64,000 nucleotides of DNA from Nitrospirales bacterium (GCA_965203295.1 CBDBCZ010000015.1:320001-384000); one strand, 5' to 3'; positions 14,262-27,109 are shown, counted from the stretch's first letter. A program made the numbers and translations. Notes: generated from the letters alone by a model not told the origin.

Positions 14262-15256
14262 AACAAGTTACAGAAAAAGCACTTTGCCAAAAAGTGCAAA
14301 AACAAGTCATGTAGGGATGCCCTTCCACCAAAAAACACTGCCCCAAAAACCAATGAAACAAGCAACCATGCACACCGGAAGGCATGCACAGACTACACAC
14401 ATCACAGTGCAATGCATTTACCACGTACCTACCATCCCTACATCTTTCCAACCACACCCACCCAATCCATACCACACCCAATACTTCTCAACACACACCA
14501 CCATCCACAATCATCACAATCAACCACAACACCTCGTTTCCATTCAACAACATCCTTATCCACAATCATTACATAATTCACAAAACACAACACCCCACAC
14601 TACAACCAACCCAACTTTAACGGCAAACACTACTCCGAGCAAAATGCGCTTCCCTCCACATTCACAAGCACAAACCAAGCAGAACAATTCTTCACTACAC
14701 CACACTGCCACCAACATGGACTACAAACATAACCCACATCAACTGCCATACAACATAGTTGACAACACTCAATCTACACTTTACTAAACACACCCACTAG
14801 ACCGCCCCTACAAAGAACTCACACACACACAAATCTCACAACACACTCACGAAACTTCATAACACTCAACCACGCATAACCAAACACTACTGAAGTCCCT
14901 AAATAAACACCAAATGACTCCACCCTCAACAACTCACTAGTCTAACATGCATGTGTACAATCAACACTAGCTTTCAGTTACCTTCTACAACCACCAACAT
15001 ACTCATTAGCAACACACACACTACCACTATTCACATACCGTATATACACAATTGGGGTGGGTGTGGTTGGAAAGATGTAGGGATGGTAGGTACGTGGTAA
15101 ATGCATTGCACTGTGATGTGTGTAGTCTGTGCATGCCTTCCGGTGTGCATGGTTGCTTGTTTCATTGGTTTTTGGGGCAGTGTTTTTTGGTGGAAGGGCA
15201 TCCCTACATGACTTGTTTTTGCACTTTTTGGCAAAGTGCTTTTTCTGTAACTTGTA
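14262..15256. repeat. ~200-bp near-perfect inverted duplication (arms ~14262-14465 and ~15054-15256) within an A/C-rich repeat
   Basis: The arms are reverse complements; the same peptide KLQKKHFAKK...FPTTPT appears in ORFs on both strands. Confidence 0.9.
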
Positions 15257-15985
15257 CAACTATTGAGGCGATCATCCGTGCTATCTCTGTACACACACCA
15301 CCTCCTACACAACAAAATTCAGGTATTTAGTGTAAACACCCCTCTAGTTTTTTAGTAAGTATTTTACAATAATATGCAGTTTTATTGCAGACATTGTAGT
15401 TTTCTTAGTGCAAGTGGGTGGTACTTTTCCAGGTGTTACACAATCATTCATCAGCCTTATTAATAATGCAAATAAGACACCAAAAATAGGAGCACCTCTC
15501 AGTGAATTAACGATACCAAAGTGCGCATATGCGCTTTCTACGTACGCGTCTATATAGAAGCGTAAATGTACGTAAGCGCTCGAGTGCGCGGAGCATGCAA
15601 TCGTGATCGATTACGTAATCTGAGCCACCGATAATTACGTAATCATCTACGCTGCCAATGATTACGTAATGCGACGGAAGCTCATGATACATGTACACGA
15701 GGCCGAGTCTGCACTTCGCGGTCACGTACCCAGTCGTCTATGATGTACAGTTCAGCATCAAATAAAAAATACCAGGCAGGTAACGCATGTGCACAAATTG
15801 TTAAGAGAACCGTCTAGAAGAGAGAATATGCATGCAATAACAGTCTCACAATTACAAGGTCAAAAGAAAACTCACATTAGAGCAACACAAGAAAAACCTC
15901 ACAACTACATGAACAGAGCATATGCAAGTAAGCATAAGGTTTGTTCCCTTGTATGTATAGAAAGAGCCATCATCAACCGTCCTTA

Positions 15986-17512
15986 CTAGTAAGACGTGCG
16001 TGTATGAAATTGTTCAAAACAGTGTCCCTGACACAGAAACGCATCACACTTAGGGCAGAAGTTTTGCGTTTTGACATCTTTTTGTTTTCCGTATTTCCGA
16101 CGACATACAACGCACCTTGATCTTTTTTTTACTTTTGTATGCAAAGTGCTTGCCGGTCAGTCGCTTCTCAGTAGTTGCTGGCTTTCTAGATATACCCTTA
16201 GAGTCGGTGGGCAGCTTGGGTTAGCTTTGAGATTCAAGAGAGGCTGCACTAGCTCTTCGGCTAGCTTTAGCCGAAAGGACCTCTGTGACTTTATGGCTGA
16301 ATTGGGGTTGTTCTGGCGAAAAAGGATCCAAGCATTTATAATGCAAATGTCCACCAACCTCCAAAAAACCTTCTTCCACCATTTGAGTGTACGCCGAGTA
16401 CTCATGGAGTAGTAACTCAGATGTTGGTCCATTAGATCTACGCCACCCATGTATGCGTTATATTCGGAAATGATGGTGGGACAGGGAATGGGCTGTTTTT
16501 CGCGGCTTCCTTTAGGACGCTTCAGAACTACTGTGGCGGAGGTATTATGCATTGTACTCAATGCAAGCACATCTCTACGGTCAAACCACCACACAGCTGT
16601 CAGTCGACCTTCACTAGCGGTACCAAAACGCATGTTGCCTGGCACAGCGCTCCCACTAGGTTTCAAATCTGGGGGAAAGCCTTTGCGATTCGGTCGCACC
16701 GTCCCAGCGCTGTATGTTCCACGTTCCAGTAGATCGAGGAGAAGTCTTGGCCCTGTATAGAAGTTGTCAATAAATAGGCAATGGCCTTTTCCTTGGAATG
16801 GTTCCATAAGTTCCATGACAACTCTGTAGCTCAGTCCTTTCTCTATGGTACCTTCATGGGCACCAGTGTATATTTCAAACTTCAGAACATACCCAGTTTT
16901 TGCCTCAGAGTTTACCCAAATCTTTATCCCAAGTCGAGTGGGTTTCTTCGGCATGAACTGCAAAAAAGCAATACGACATCGTGTCCCTACCATCATTTCA
17001 TCTATGCTGAGTTGACGCTACGGTTGGTAGTACTGTTGAAACACAGCAGACAAATGGTCAATCAAAGCTCTAACCTTGAACAGGGGGTCGTACCCCTGCT
17101 CACCCTGTTTTTTCTGCTTGGTAGAGTCTGCTAAGTGCAGAAATCTTAAGATGGAAAGGAAACGATCTCGAGACATGATGGAAGGAAACCAAGGGGTTGC
17201 TAAAATGTTGTTTGTAGCCCAGTAATCATGAATTTGGGGAAGCCGTAACATTCCCATTGCGATGTTTACTCCTATGAAAGCTTGCAATTCCTCAATACAG
17301 AAGACGAAGGTTACACCTTTTTGGGATGCAAACAGTATCGTCTGTTGAACGATCGATTCTAGAATGACAACCGTAAGGAAAAGCTCCAATATTTGCAGGG
17401 GACTCACAGCATCTTTAGTCCGAGGTGAAGGGCCAGTGGGATAGAAAAAGGGAGGTAGCTGCCGTGGAGCTGGTTTCTTCTTTGCAGTAGAGATGAGTTC
17501 CCAAGTGACCAC
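15986..17512 (-). pseudogene. piggyBac (PGBD-like, DDE_Tnp_1_7-type) transposase catalytic exon with C-terminal Cys-rich domain
   Basis: Motifs MSRDRFLSILRFLH, DPLFKVR, SIDEMM, MPKKPTRLGIKIW, FIDNFY, YNAYMGGVDLMDQ, WWKKVF..NAWIL; tail RCVVC..FCPKCDAFLCQGHCFEQFH. In-frame TAG at ~17018 and frameshifts at ~16190 and ~16125. Confidence 0.93.
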
Positions 17513-17822
17513 TTCAACTCTCTATCACTGTCCTTGTTAGCAAGAAAAAGTTGAGCCAATAAAGTTTTATGTTCCTAAAGAACAAACATTCCTTAGTCCG
17601 TCTCATTTCTTCAAACCACCCCTTTTATTACAGAATCTGACTTATGTGACCCTTTTAGCAAAATTTGACCGTTTGGGACTGTTTTACACTAGCAGTTGGC
17701 ATATAAATACTTTGCTTATGCAGAACTGCAACTGTTAGGTTAGGTGGAATTCATCTCAATTGACAGAAAATCCAAATGGTCAATTTTCCCTGAAAAGGTG
17801 ACAAAATTAGGTGATGGTATAC

Positions 17823-18150
17823 CTAGCAGACTCTTGAACACAGCTGCTTGTACCACGGTTGCTTCTAGCTCCACCTCGACCACGCCCAACACCACGCCCT
17901 CGTCCACGCTGACCACCTCGACCTCGACTACGACGACCTCGACCACCTCCACCGTGGCCACCACCACGGCTATGATCACGGCTACTTCCACCTCTTCGAG
18001 CATGGCTACTTTTGTCACTTTGAAGTCGTCTCCTTTTGGGTGGCGGAATGTCATCATCCGAGGTTTCAGGCTCAGTAGTAGTGCCACATCCAATACTTCC
18101 ACCACATCCAAACACAGAACTTATTTCAGAAGCAGCACTCGAATCTTCAC
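17823..18150 (-). CDS. Putative exon 2 of the piggyBac transposase: NLS-like PPPKRRR plus RG/RGG-rich tract
   Basis: Acceptor TTCTTTTTAG|GTGAAG at 18150 and donor AG|GTATAC at 17823; open frame GEDSS...PPPKRRR...RGRGGQRGRGRG; phase matches the exon-1 donor. Confidence 0.65.
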
Positions 18151-18206
18151 CTAAAAAGAAATTGGTATATGAATGGAAATACACATTTGGAGATTCATAT
18201 TGAAAC

Positions 18207-18737
18207 CAGAAGCGCATCAAGCCGGCGAGGGAGCATGCAAGTAGTATAGACGGCGAAATGCAAACACGGCAACCGGATGCTAATTTTAGTAACCACCAAA
18301 TATGGAATATATACACACGTGGGTACGTCGGTGAGCGGCAGTTTTGCAGGCCGACTACGGAGAGCGTTGGATGGTGATACAGCTAACGCAGGCCCCGAGC
18401 ACGACACTGATGGGAAGGTTAGTTGTAAGCCTTTGTAAGAGTCATTGAGCATGAGTACGGCAGTACTTGGACTCACTTGTTGGAAGATTGGTGTGTCTCC
18501 CATACGCTTTCGCTTCGGAGAACTAGTCATCTCGCTCGAGTATGCCGACTCACCACTTCATTTTTATCCACTTTGTGGCTTTCTCTGTTAGCTACTTTTT
18601 CCTGCTGTTGCATCATAAAAATTAATATACGGATACTACTTTTTTTAGAATAATTATGACTGCCATGTTTGAATTTTATCGTCTATGTATTGCACGTGCG
18701 TAGTTGCATGCTCCCTCGTCGGCTTGATGCGCTCCTG
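18207..18737. mobile_element. 531-bp MITE with 37-bp TIRs and perfect 7-bp TSD (TTGAAAC), P-element-like termini
   Basis: CAGAAGCGCATCAAGCCGGCGAGGGAGCATGCAAGTA versus reverse complement of the right end, 3 mismatches; TTGAAAC at 18200-18206 and 18738-18744. Confidence 0.9.
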
Positions 18738-18863
18738 TTGAAACTTATCAGCCTTGTTCCCAGGCTCAACAACCCAGTGTTTTTTTTTGCTTTTTGGGCT
18801 GGGAGTCTGGGCTCTTTGGTACATCACATGACGTCACGTACTTGATATAGTTATTCTAAATCA

Positions 18864-19306
18864 ATTTACTCATGATGTATAGCAGTACTTCACTGTGTGT
18901 GTTGCTGTAAAGTCAGAGTCGAATCAGAGTGAAGACTAGCTGTTGTGGGCTGAAACAAATATTGTCAAGGAAACTGACTTACTAGTGGTGGGCCTTACCA
19001 CCTGGCATCAAGGTAAACAGCTAGCACAGCCCAGCATCTAGCTACACATGTACCACCAACTCAATATACCGCATATACATCGGGTACCTAGACTACCATA
19101 TACACCCTGCTAGCTGTTTACCTTGGCACTGGGTGGTATTCGGCTTGACAACCAGTTTCTATGCATGGTAGCACTACCCAATCCAGATAAATTCAAGGAC
19201 TACTGCTAGTTGAAACCTTCCTTGACTTAACAGTTTTCATCTCTGATTCGACTCTGACTTTACAGCAGCACATACAGTGAAGTACTGATTTACATCATCA
19301 GTAATT
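18864..19306. mobile_element. Foldback MITE in piggyBac intron 1
   Basis: CAGTACTTCACTGTGTGTGTTGCTGTAAAGTCAGAGTCGAATCAGAG pairs with CTCTGATTCGACTCTGACTTTACAGCAGCACATACAGTGAAGTACTG; inner pair AAGGTAAACAGCTAGCA/TGCTAGCTGTTTACCTT. Confidence 0.75.
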
Positions 19307-20009
19307 TGTTTTAGCAAAACCACATATGCTTCGTCACATACATAAAGTTCTATGATGTACCTGGCTCCCAGCCTACGTTCTTCCAATGTGCAAAAAAGCT
19401 GGGCTGTGGAACCTGGGGACAAGGCTAAATATAGGCACAACTGCAAATTTAGTCAATGGTCAAGAGTCAAAGCCGCTCAAAAGCTAGGGTGTACTCAGTG
19501 GTCAAAGCGTGCTCTATAAAATATGGTCAACAGCAGATCATAATGCGGAACAGATGGGCACATGCACAAGCAACAGTCTACAGCTTGAAGATCACTCGAG
19601 AAGGATGGATATTTTTTTCAGCTGAGTGTTCAATTGGTAAGCTTTACAATGAATGGGTCTAGTAGAGCAGTCACAGGTCAATGGCCAAAAAAATCAGCAT
19701 TATCAACAGCCAAACCACTACACAGCTTTGACACATGGTCGCAGTTGTGACTATGCAGTCTATAGGAGTGACTACCCATTGTCTAAAGTAGGCACTGCCT
19801 ACTGCACATGCGCAATAGCTAATTAATTTAGCAAGCGCATGTTCAGAAAAGTCGGCAAGAAGGGATTTGAGCTTTGTGTCCAGCTACATCCATAAGCTAC
19901 TATATCGTTGAAAAATGGAAAGGCAAAATTATAGGCGTATAAGCTCCCATTTTTCAGTCATTTATATAACTACACGAGTAAACACACACACACGCGCGCA
20001 TGCACGCAC

Positions 20010-20322
20010 CTTCAAATTCATCGTCAATGAAATCTTTGTCCAAAAAGAGAAGCGAAGTCCTTTCAGCCGGATCAAGAGCCGTAGCATTCTTCAAAAACGC
20101 CGACGGATCAGCGCTAAATGCCGTTTCCAGGGCTAATTGCAGTCTCTCCGCGTCTTCTTCTTCGGATGTTGACAGCGACTCTGCTTCGCTCGTAGTGATC
20201 TCGTAGAAATCATTGGCATCGGAGTCAGAACTACTATGATCACTGGCAACGGAGTCAGAGATATACTGACTGCTACTTTCGACCACACTCACTTCCTTGA
20301 AGGAAACGCGTGAACCAGCCAT
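20010..20322 (-). CDS. Putative first exon of the piggyBac transposase (acidic, Ser-rich)
   Basis: ATG at 20322, open frame MAGSRVSF...SDSD...SEEED...DDEFE, phase-1 donor GAAG|GTGCGT at 20010; CpG-rich upstream region inside the element boundary. Confidence 0.6.
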
Positions 20323-21459
20323 TCTATTCTAGGCAAAGAAGCACGAGGATACCAGCGCATGCGAATAAACAATAATTATGCGCATAGTAATACGCTTACA
20401 CACTCCGCACGCCGTACGCAAGTCTAACTGGCGGGAATTTTGAAACTAAACAGCGCGTACTTTTAAATAATATAGCAGTAAAAGATTGGAAGTGGGCTAT
20501 TTTGATCCCCTTTAGGTTTTCATGAGTTATTAATTAAGGTGTGACACCAATGTATTCCAGGAAAAATACTACCCACATGTGCTAAGTAAAACACAATGTC
20601 TATGTGCATATCTTCATTGACTAAAAGTCTTATCTTTTGCCTCATCTACCTCATTCTGTATTTGTTCTGTGATATACCCAGCATTACACACTAGGTTGTC
20701 CATCAAGGTGATTGGAAATCCCGCACACCTTAAATGATTTTACAACAGCGACCACGTCTACACATGCGCATACTTAGATACTTACAGTTGAGACAGCTAC
20801 ATACTTAGATGTAAGCTACTTACTTAGACGTAAGCTTGCAAATATAAAGTATATGAACTTATCAGAAGGCCGAACAATATTTTCTAGCAACCAGGAAGCA
20901 TGCACTAGCTCCTTTACTGTTTTTAGTTCATGTTTGGAAAAGTCAAATTAGTAGAAGAGCTGTTTTCAGGCTGTTTCAATTGCTTGGGGGAGTTGGATTT
21001 GAGTAGGTACAAAAGTTATGCGTGTTGCATTGTGAATATGCGTGCTGTGAGGGAAGAGGTCTAGATATGCAGTTCCTCCTTCTAAACTATCAGCCATATA
21101 TCTTAACGGTTGATACACGGAGCACATATATATAGAGAAACCTTGACTGCAAGATCAAAAGTGGTTGCAAGAAAGCCTACAACAGCATATACATTGGGCC
21201 TTATATACTTCCAAGATTGTCTAAACACTGTGATAGTACTTTCACACATCTGATATAGATACGAGACTAGCTCACTAGCTCTTCTCATTATCCTCTATGA
21301 CTGAACTGTGTATAGTAACATTACAGCTGTATTTCTCAGTGTAAAAGTACACATAGAGGGAAATGTCTACTACAATTAGTTAAATCTGCCCATGCATGCA
21401 GTGTAGCATAATTTAGTTAACGGTATCGAATATCAGTAATTTTCTACTTAACCTGGTAG

Positions 21460-23930
21460 GTGAACACTGATGGATACATACATTTTGCTACAGAAGAGAT
21501 CTTCATTGCACCATTCTTAGTGAATGTGGATGCAAGGGGAACTGGAACCGTGTTCTACAGACAGACCAATTATGTTCCCCTCACGACTAGATTTGCACAG
21601 TACTTTGAGAGCATTAGTGACTTTTCTCCTGCTTCCCTCTTTATTGCTACCTGGGATGGTGTCGGCTCCTACAATAGCAACACACACTCAGTATGTCAGC
21701 AGCTAAACAAGAATTGTGAATCATTTATGTAGCTAGTATGGACTAAACAAAACGAAGGTACAAACAACTTGTCTTAAATTGATAGAGTGGACACAATGAA
21801 AATAGTGGTATAAAAGGCTAGCTTACATTTGGTGCTCCTCCCTCACTGTAGGCAAACACATTTCAGTGTGTGCTGGCAACAGACGGTGTGATCTCAGTTG
21901 TTGTGTTCTTGTATGCTGACATGCAGTGGGCAATGGCTGATTCACAAAGTCGTGGCTCAGGGTCTGGAGGGAGTGGACTCAGCGATGTGAATGATTTTGC
22001 TGCAGTTGGATTTAGTAATGGAATAGAGTTTGATGTTATTCCTGGCTCTTATACGGAGGAAATTTTACACATTAATTCGACAAGCAACATTGCAGTGCCA
22101 GGGATGTGGACATTTCGAGTGGATGGCATCAATATTGAAATTGGAGGTACATGTATGATATTGCTTCCTTGCCAAAAATTGCTTGGTCAGAAGTGTTCAT
22201 ATAATGTCTGTATATTGTGTTGATATTACGTACAGGATGTTATTAGTAAGTGTGCATGGACAACTGAAGAAGAAAGCAAGGCTGATATATACGTATGACA
22301 GTATGTGAAAGTAAAGCAGTTAAGAACACAAGTAGAGTGAACTAGCATTGTAAATAAGTTAGTTTCCTGTCTTAGGCAAGCTTATCAACCCACTAGTCTT
22401 TCTATTTCCATGCAGCATGGATTCGAATGAGAATGTAACCACCGGTTGAAATACTTCATTTCCTTGAGTATATTCTGTGCAGTGATTGTAAAATTGGCTT
22501 CTAACACACCTGATTAAGAGAGATTGTCTTACTTTATTTTGTTCTGTTTGCCTTAAATTGTCCTTTTACTCATGATCAGGAAACCTGCACTTGTATTAGT
22601 TGATTAGTATGTTAGTACCTACGATTGTGGTACGTATGTCCGTGTTCTTTCATGAATTGCTGTGGCAAAAGATGTTCTCTGCATTAAAGTATACGTACAT
22701 ATCATATGTACGTATATTCAAGCATTTATATATGTAGTGGTAGTGAAATAATTACTACGTATGTATCCCAAGCAACAAGGGACCATACAATGGTACATTC
22801 ACTCTGCACAAGAGTACATATTAAGCTATTCCTATAACTGCTACTTTATCTGCTTGCAGATGTTGATGAATGTGCAGACAGTAATGGAGGGTGTACTCAG
22901 TTTTGCAGCAATTCTGTTGGTAGCTTCCTCTGCTCCGGCCTGCCTGGCTATCTTCTGGACACTGATGGACTCACTTGCAATGGTATGTCCGCAGGCTGCC
23001 ATGTACATACGTACATTAAATCTTTCAGAAATATGATCATACGTACATATCTAAAAACTAGCTTCCTATTTTTAACTCTTACAATAACTATCTGTTGTTT
23101 CTGTCTGTGTCAAATGATTACACCATTACCTGTGAGATATACTACTGGGGTTTTGAAAACAAGATAATTGCATAACTTTACAGCGAATTGATATAGATAA
23201 GTGTATGAGTGCATTGGACAGCTGCAATGACCACACAGAATCTATATAGAGACGCTGATGGAAATAATTGCTGTATCTGTTTTGGTGGACATGAGGGAGA
23301 TGGTTACAACTGTAAAACAAACCAGTATGGAAGCATTTAACAATCTGGCTTCAATACCCCTACATGAATGTCCAGGAAAGCTAATACCTCTACTTTGTTT
23401 GCATATTTTGTCTCCCAGATTGCAAGAAAACAAAATTAGTGTTCTGTGGGGATACTACATTATGTAGAGTTTACAATCGCTCGACAGTAGATATAAAAAA
23501 TGGCTTGACTTACTTTAAGTCATTCTTAATCATGTTTACTATGCTTCTTGAAAGTTTCAACTAGCTGGACTCAACTATGCACTCTCTTGTGATGTAACAT
23601 GTAGCTTCATCAGGAGCTGTATTCATGGCTGTGTAGGAGTGGCACTAATTGCATAAGAATGTTTCCCATTATGATAATTATGCTGATTAGTGGGGTGGGC
23701 ACATTTTCTAATGTATCTATCCATATTTCAGAAGATTGCAGCAGCAGTCTTCAGTGCCTCTAATGAAGCTATATCAGTCTGTATTCTCTACTGCATTTCA
23801 CTCTATACAGACATCAATGAATGTGTAAGAGGCACTGATAACTGTGGCATAAATGCAATCTGCTCAGACACTGAAGGAAGCTTTAATTGTACTTGTATCA
23901 CTGGATGTGAGGGCAGTACTAGTGCTGCTT
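21460..23930 (+). pseudogene. NIDO + calcium-binding EGF extracellular protein, 5' part (exons ~21460-21690, 21852-22146, 22860-22982, ~23190-23315, 23811-23930)
   Basis: NIDO motifs IAPF..VD.RGTG.VFYR, LFIATW..V, NTFQCVLATDG, SN...PGMWTFRVDG with canonical AG/GT; cbEGF exons DVDECADSNGGC.., [12 protein letters not shown].. The later EGF exons carry a lost Cys, stops and frameshifts. Confidence 0.85.
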
Positions 23931-25672
23931 GAAAGTAACAATCTAATTGTTCTATCCTTACACACACAGAACAACACTAGACAGTAGACTACTACTTAGC
24001 TATCTTTGTTGAGTTGAATTGTTGAGAATGTAGAAACCCTCTTGAAATGTGGTACAGCAAAGACATCAAATTGCAAATCCATCTCAGTACACAAGCATAT
24101 ATATGCCCCAGAAATTCAGGGCTGCTAGGTCAAATTCTATCGCTTCTGTGCCAAAAAATGGTTCGATGGTCAACCTACAAAAACTTGATTTTTCCAAACC
24201 AATATATCCTGACACCAACAACTGATACATTGATACAAGCTCAACAAGAAACCATACATGAGCTGGTGCAAGAGTATAGGTAGCTTGGCTCATAAACAGA
24301 CAAGGACATACTACATGTAGTTACTAGCTATTTGTACTGTGACCATCACTTTCCTACAGGTCCCCGTGTTAATGCAGGCTTCACTACATGCTGTGACCCT
24401 GTGATTCAAAGAATGGCTGTTACTGTGATCATAGATTTAGAGATTGCTGTTTTGAAATACAAGCTATCAATTGCTTTCCTGGTGAGTTGTACATAATGTG
24501 TCTGGACATGTGGTTGTTCAGATTTTATGCAAGCACTTAATCAAAGCGTATGGTAGTATTCCATTTGTAAGGATAGCACAGAGAATTTGGACGCTGCATG
24601 TAACATGTATAAAATGGTGTGTTGAAAAGTCTGCTCTATATTTCAGCCAAACTTGTCATTCTTGAGTGTTTTCGTCTGTAACAAGATTGTAATGTTGCTA
24701 GAGAGCATTCCTCAAGTACCTGTTTGACATGCCCGAAGTGAATTTGCTCACTCATGGGATTGCTCAATTTATAAGGGTGGTACGGTGGCAAGACCCTAAA
24801 TTGTATCTACCTCGGTCTATATACCAGCTGTTGGCAGGCCTACAGAGCTGTCTGTGAAAAGTGATGTACTGACATTTTTCGACCACAAGGATATATGATT
24901 TCTGTCTATTCATGGCACATGTGAGATGTTTTATTGTGAACTTCACGAAAGCTGATGTTCATCACACTGCTGTAATAACATCGGAGAAGTTCTCATCTCA
25001 AGCCATCAGTAATTCCTTCCCTATGCCAAGTTTAGCATCCATAAGCACTTCACCTTCTCCTATTTTGATCTCATTTTGCAAGTATTGACTTCTTCCCCTA
25101 GCCACTATCAGTTCTTCCAGTGTAGTTTCATCTGCAGCCGACAGCAATCCCTCCCTCTTTGCATTATTCAGCCCATCACCACTTCTGGTTCATGAGTATA
25201 TGCATCAAAGGCTAATGTGCTGCTAAGTTCGGGTGTCCATAATACATGACAGGTATTTGTGGTCCAAGTACAAACGTTTACGTATGTGCTTTTGAAGTAT
25301 TACGTGGTATATTATAACTCATATGTGATATGAACAGTTTAAAAGCCAGTTGAGTGTGAACACTGATAATTGTAGCCATTGATCAATTCTGAAAATTATG
25401 AGAGAATTATTTTTACTTTGTGCAATGATACCAAGCCACAAAATAACATTCTTATATCCATTATTCAGACTACGGCTTATACGTATCCTATATTTGTGAA
25501 TATGGCTGGTGGGATTACGATGTGACTAGCTACAATTACCAATGCTGATGAACATGGCAATCTTGGTGTGCTGAAAGGAGTGTTGAGTCTATATATAGTG
25601 CAAGTTACTGCTAAGGATTCCAGTGTGGGGTCAGGTGCCTGTATATGATATTGTTGTGGCATGGAGGGGATT

Positions 25673-26123
25673 CAGAGGAGGTTGGACACGGTCATGTGAC
25701 ATACGCGCGTACGCTATTCTCTATAGAGATTTCTTTATAAAAGCGCTAAAGGTTTTCTCGTTAGTCTTTAAGCGTATCCCCAAGGAATAGACATCTTTCG
25801 AAAGCTCTCCCGAAGTAGATTCAGAATATCTCGCCAACCCCATTCAACCCCTGGGTAATTGCAGAACTACGGTCGTTTAAATACCTAGCTATCAGCAAGG
25901 CGAGACTACATACTGGATTCTATCTAGTAACGGAAAGATGCTGCCCGTATAGGTCTGTTCCAACCATCTTACAGCAATCTACAGGCTATTGCAGCTTTAT
26001 AACAAGCTATGCTTACCTTCTCAGTGAGCTAATTGCATGCTGGAATGCAACGTGGAATGTAATAAAGTGCAGCAAAAGGCACGTGACCGCGCACGTTAAT
26101 GAATGCGTGTCCAACCTCCTCTG
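25673..26123. mobile_element. 451-bp MITE with 18-bp TIRs and 9-bp TSD (Mutator-like TSD length)
   Basis: CAGAGGAGGTTGGACACG / CGTGTCCAACCTCCTCTG; GAGGGGATT at 25664-25672 and 26124-26132. A diverged relative lies inverted at ~33094-33630. Confidence 0.9.
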
Positions 26124-27109
26124 GAGGGGATTGTGGTGTGTGTATGGTTGGCAAGATATTGATGTAGGGATGGTAGCTAATTTGTGAAAGTTCTGTGGTG
26201 TTATTCCTACCTTGTTGGTTACTTTTTTAAGGATTTATCCCTACATGCTCTTTCAAAAATTATTCCTGCTATTTTTTGGAGGAAATGCCCATTGTGTATT
26301 ATGGTTGTGTGGGCTAATGTTGAGTTGTTTTAAAGTGGAGCATATGTACGGTGCAGTACAGCGAGTGTCTGGGTTTTGTTGGGACGAACCTCCAGTAGAG
26401 TAAGTGAGAGGGTGTCCGGACAGTAGGGGTTGTCCAGACGTGTGATAAATCTCATTTCTATGGTTTTCTGCCTGCGCTTGTATGCATAGGAAGTAGACAA
26501 CAGTAGTTTGTGATACATAACAAAGGCAGACAGAAAGTCCCAGAGAATGAGGTAACCCCACCATCTGGACACCCCCTCATTTGCCCTACTTCTATTGAAT
26601 CCCATTAGAACCTATGTACTTACAGATGAGTGACTGGGTGAGTCTTTCCTTTATGCTGACACTAGTTGAAATCTGGCTACACAAGTATATGCATATGTTT
26701 TTTTCAACAGCACCTCTGGTCGGAAGCTGTTTGGACTAGTACTTGTGCAAACCATATATAATCAGCCATGTGAGTAAGTGTATTCCAGCTAAACTTCATG
26801 TAGCAGCTCAAGCCCTAGTGGGCACAATCCAGCGTAGGCGTTATTTAGACAAAGACGCGCAGTCTGTGCATGCGTATTCTAATCCATCTCCAGGAACCTG
26901 AGTTCTGGTGTCAAATAAAAATAGGCATTCCCGCATCTCGATGTGCATAATATTTCAATTTCATTAGGTCTACTCATGAAGTGTGTAGTCTGAAATTGTT
27001 GTTGAAATTTTCTAATATCAGTCTCAGTATAAAGATTAATAAATGCACTTACACAAAACAAAACATAAACTTGCATGGAATGGTCAGCAGATGCACGAAA
27101 ATGGATATA

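Larger units (their letters stand above)
15389..20601 (-). mobile_element. piggyBac-superfamily DNA transposon, intron-containing and decayed
   Basis: Contains the transposase below. Degenerate 45-bp inverted repeats at 15389-15433 and 20557-20601 (6 mismatches, 2 gaps by eye). No TTAA TSD found at these repeats, so true ends are uncertain. Confidence 0.65.

Noticed and set aside
13992..15330. His/Thr/Pro-rich ORFs on both strands
   Set aside because: They arise from an A/C-skewed repeat and its inverted duplication; several frames are open and no domain is recognisable.
17790..17822. 33-bp micro-intron after piggyBac exon 2
   Set aside because: Splicing it gives an immediate TGA, and the acceptor lies within a MITE inverted repeat.
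17744..18154. Mucin-like Thr/Ser-rich ORF on the plus strand
   Set aside because: It is the antisense reading of the RG-rich exon, which has splice sites on the minus strand.
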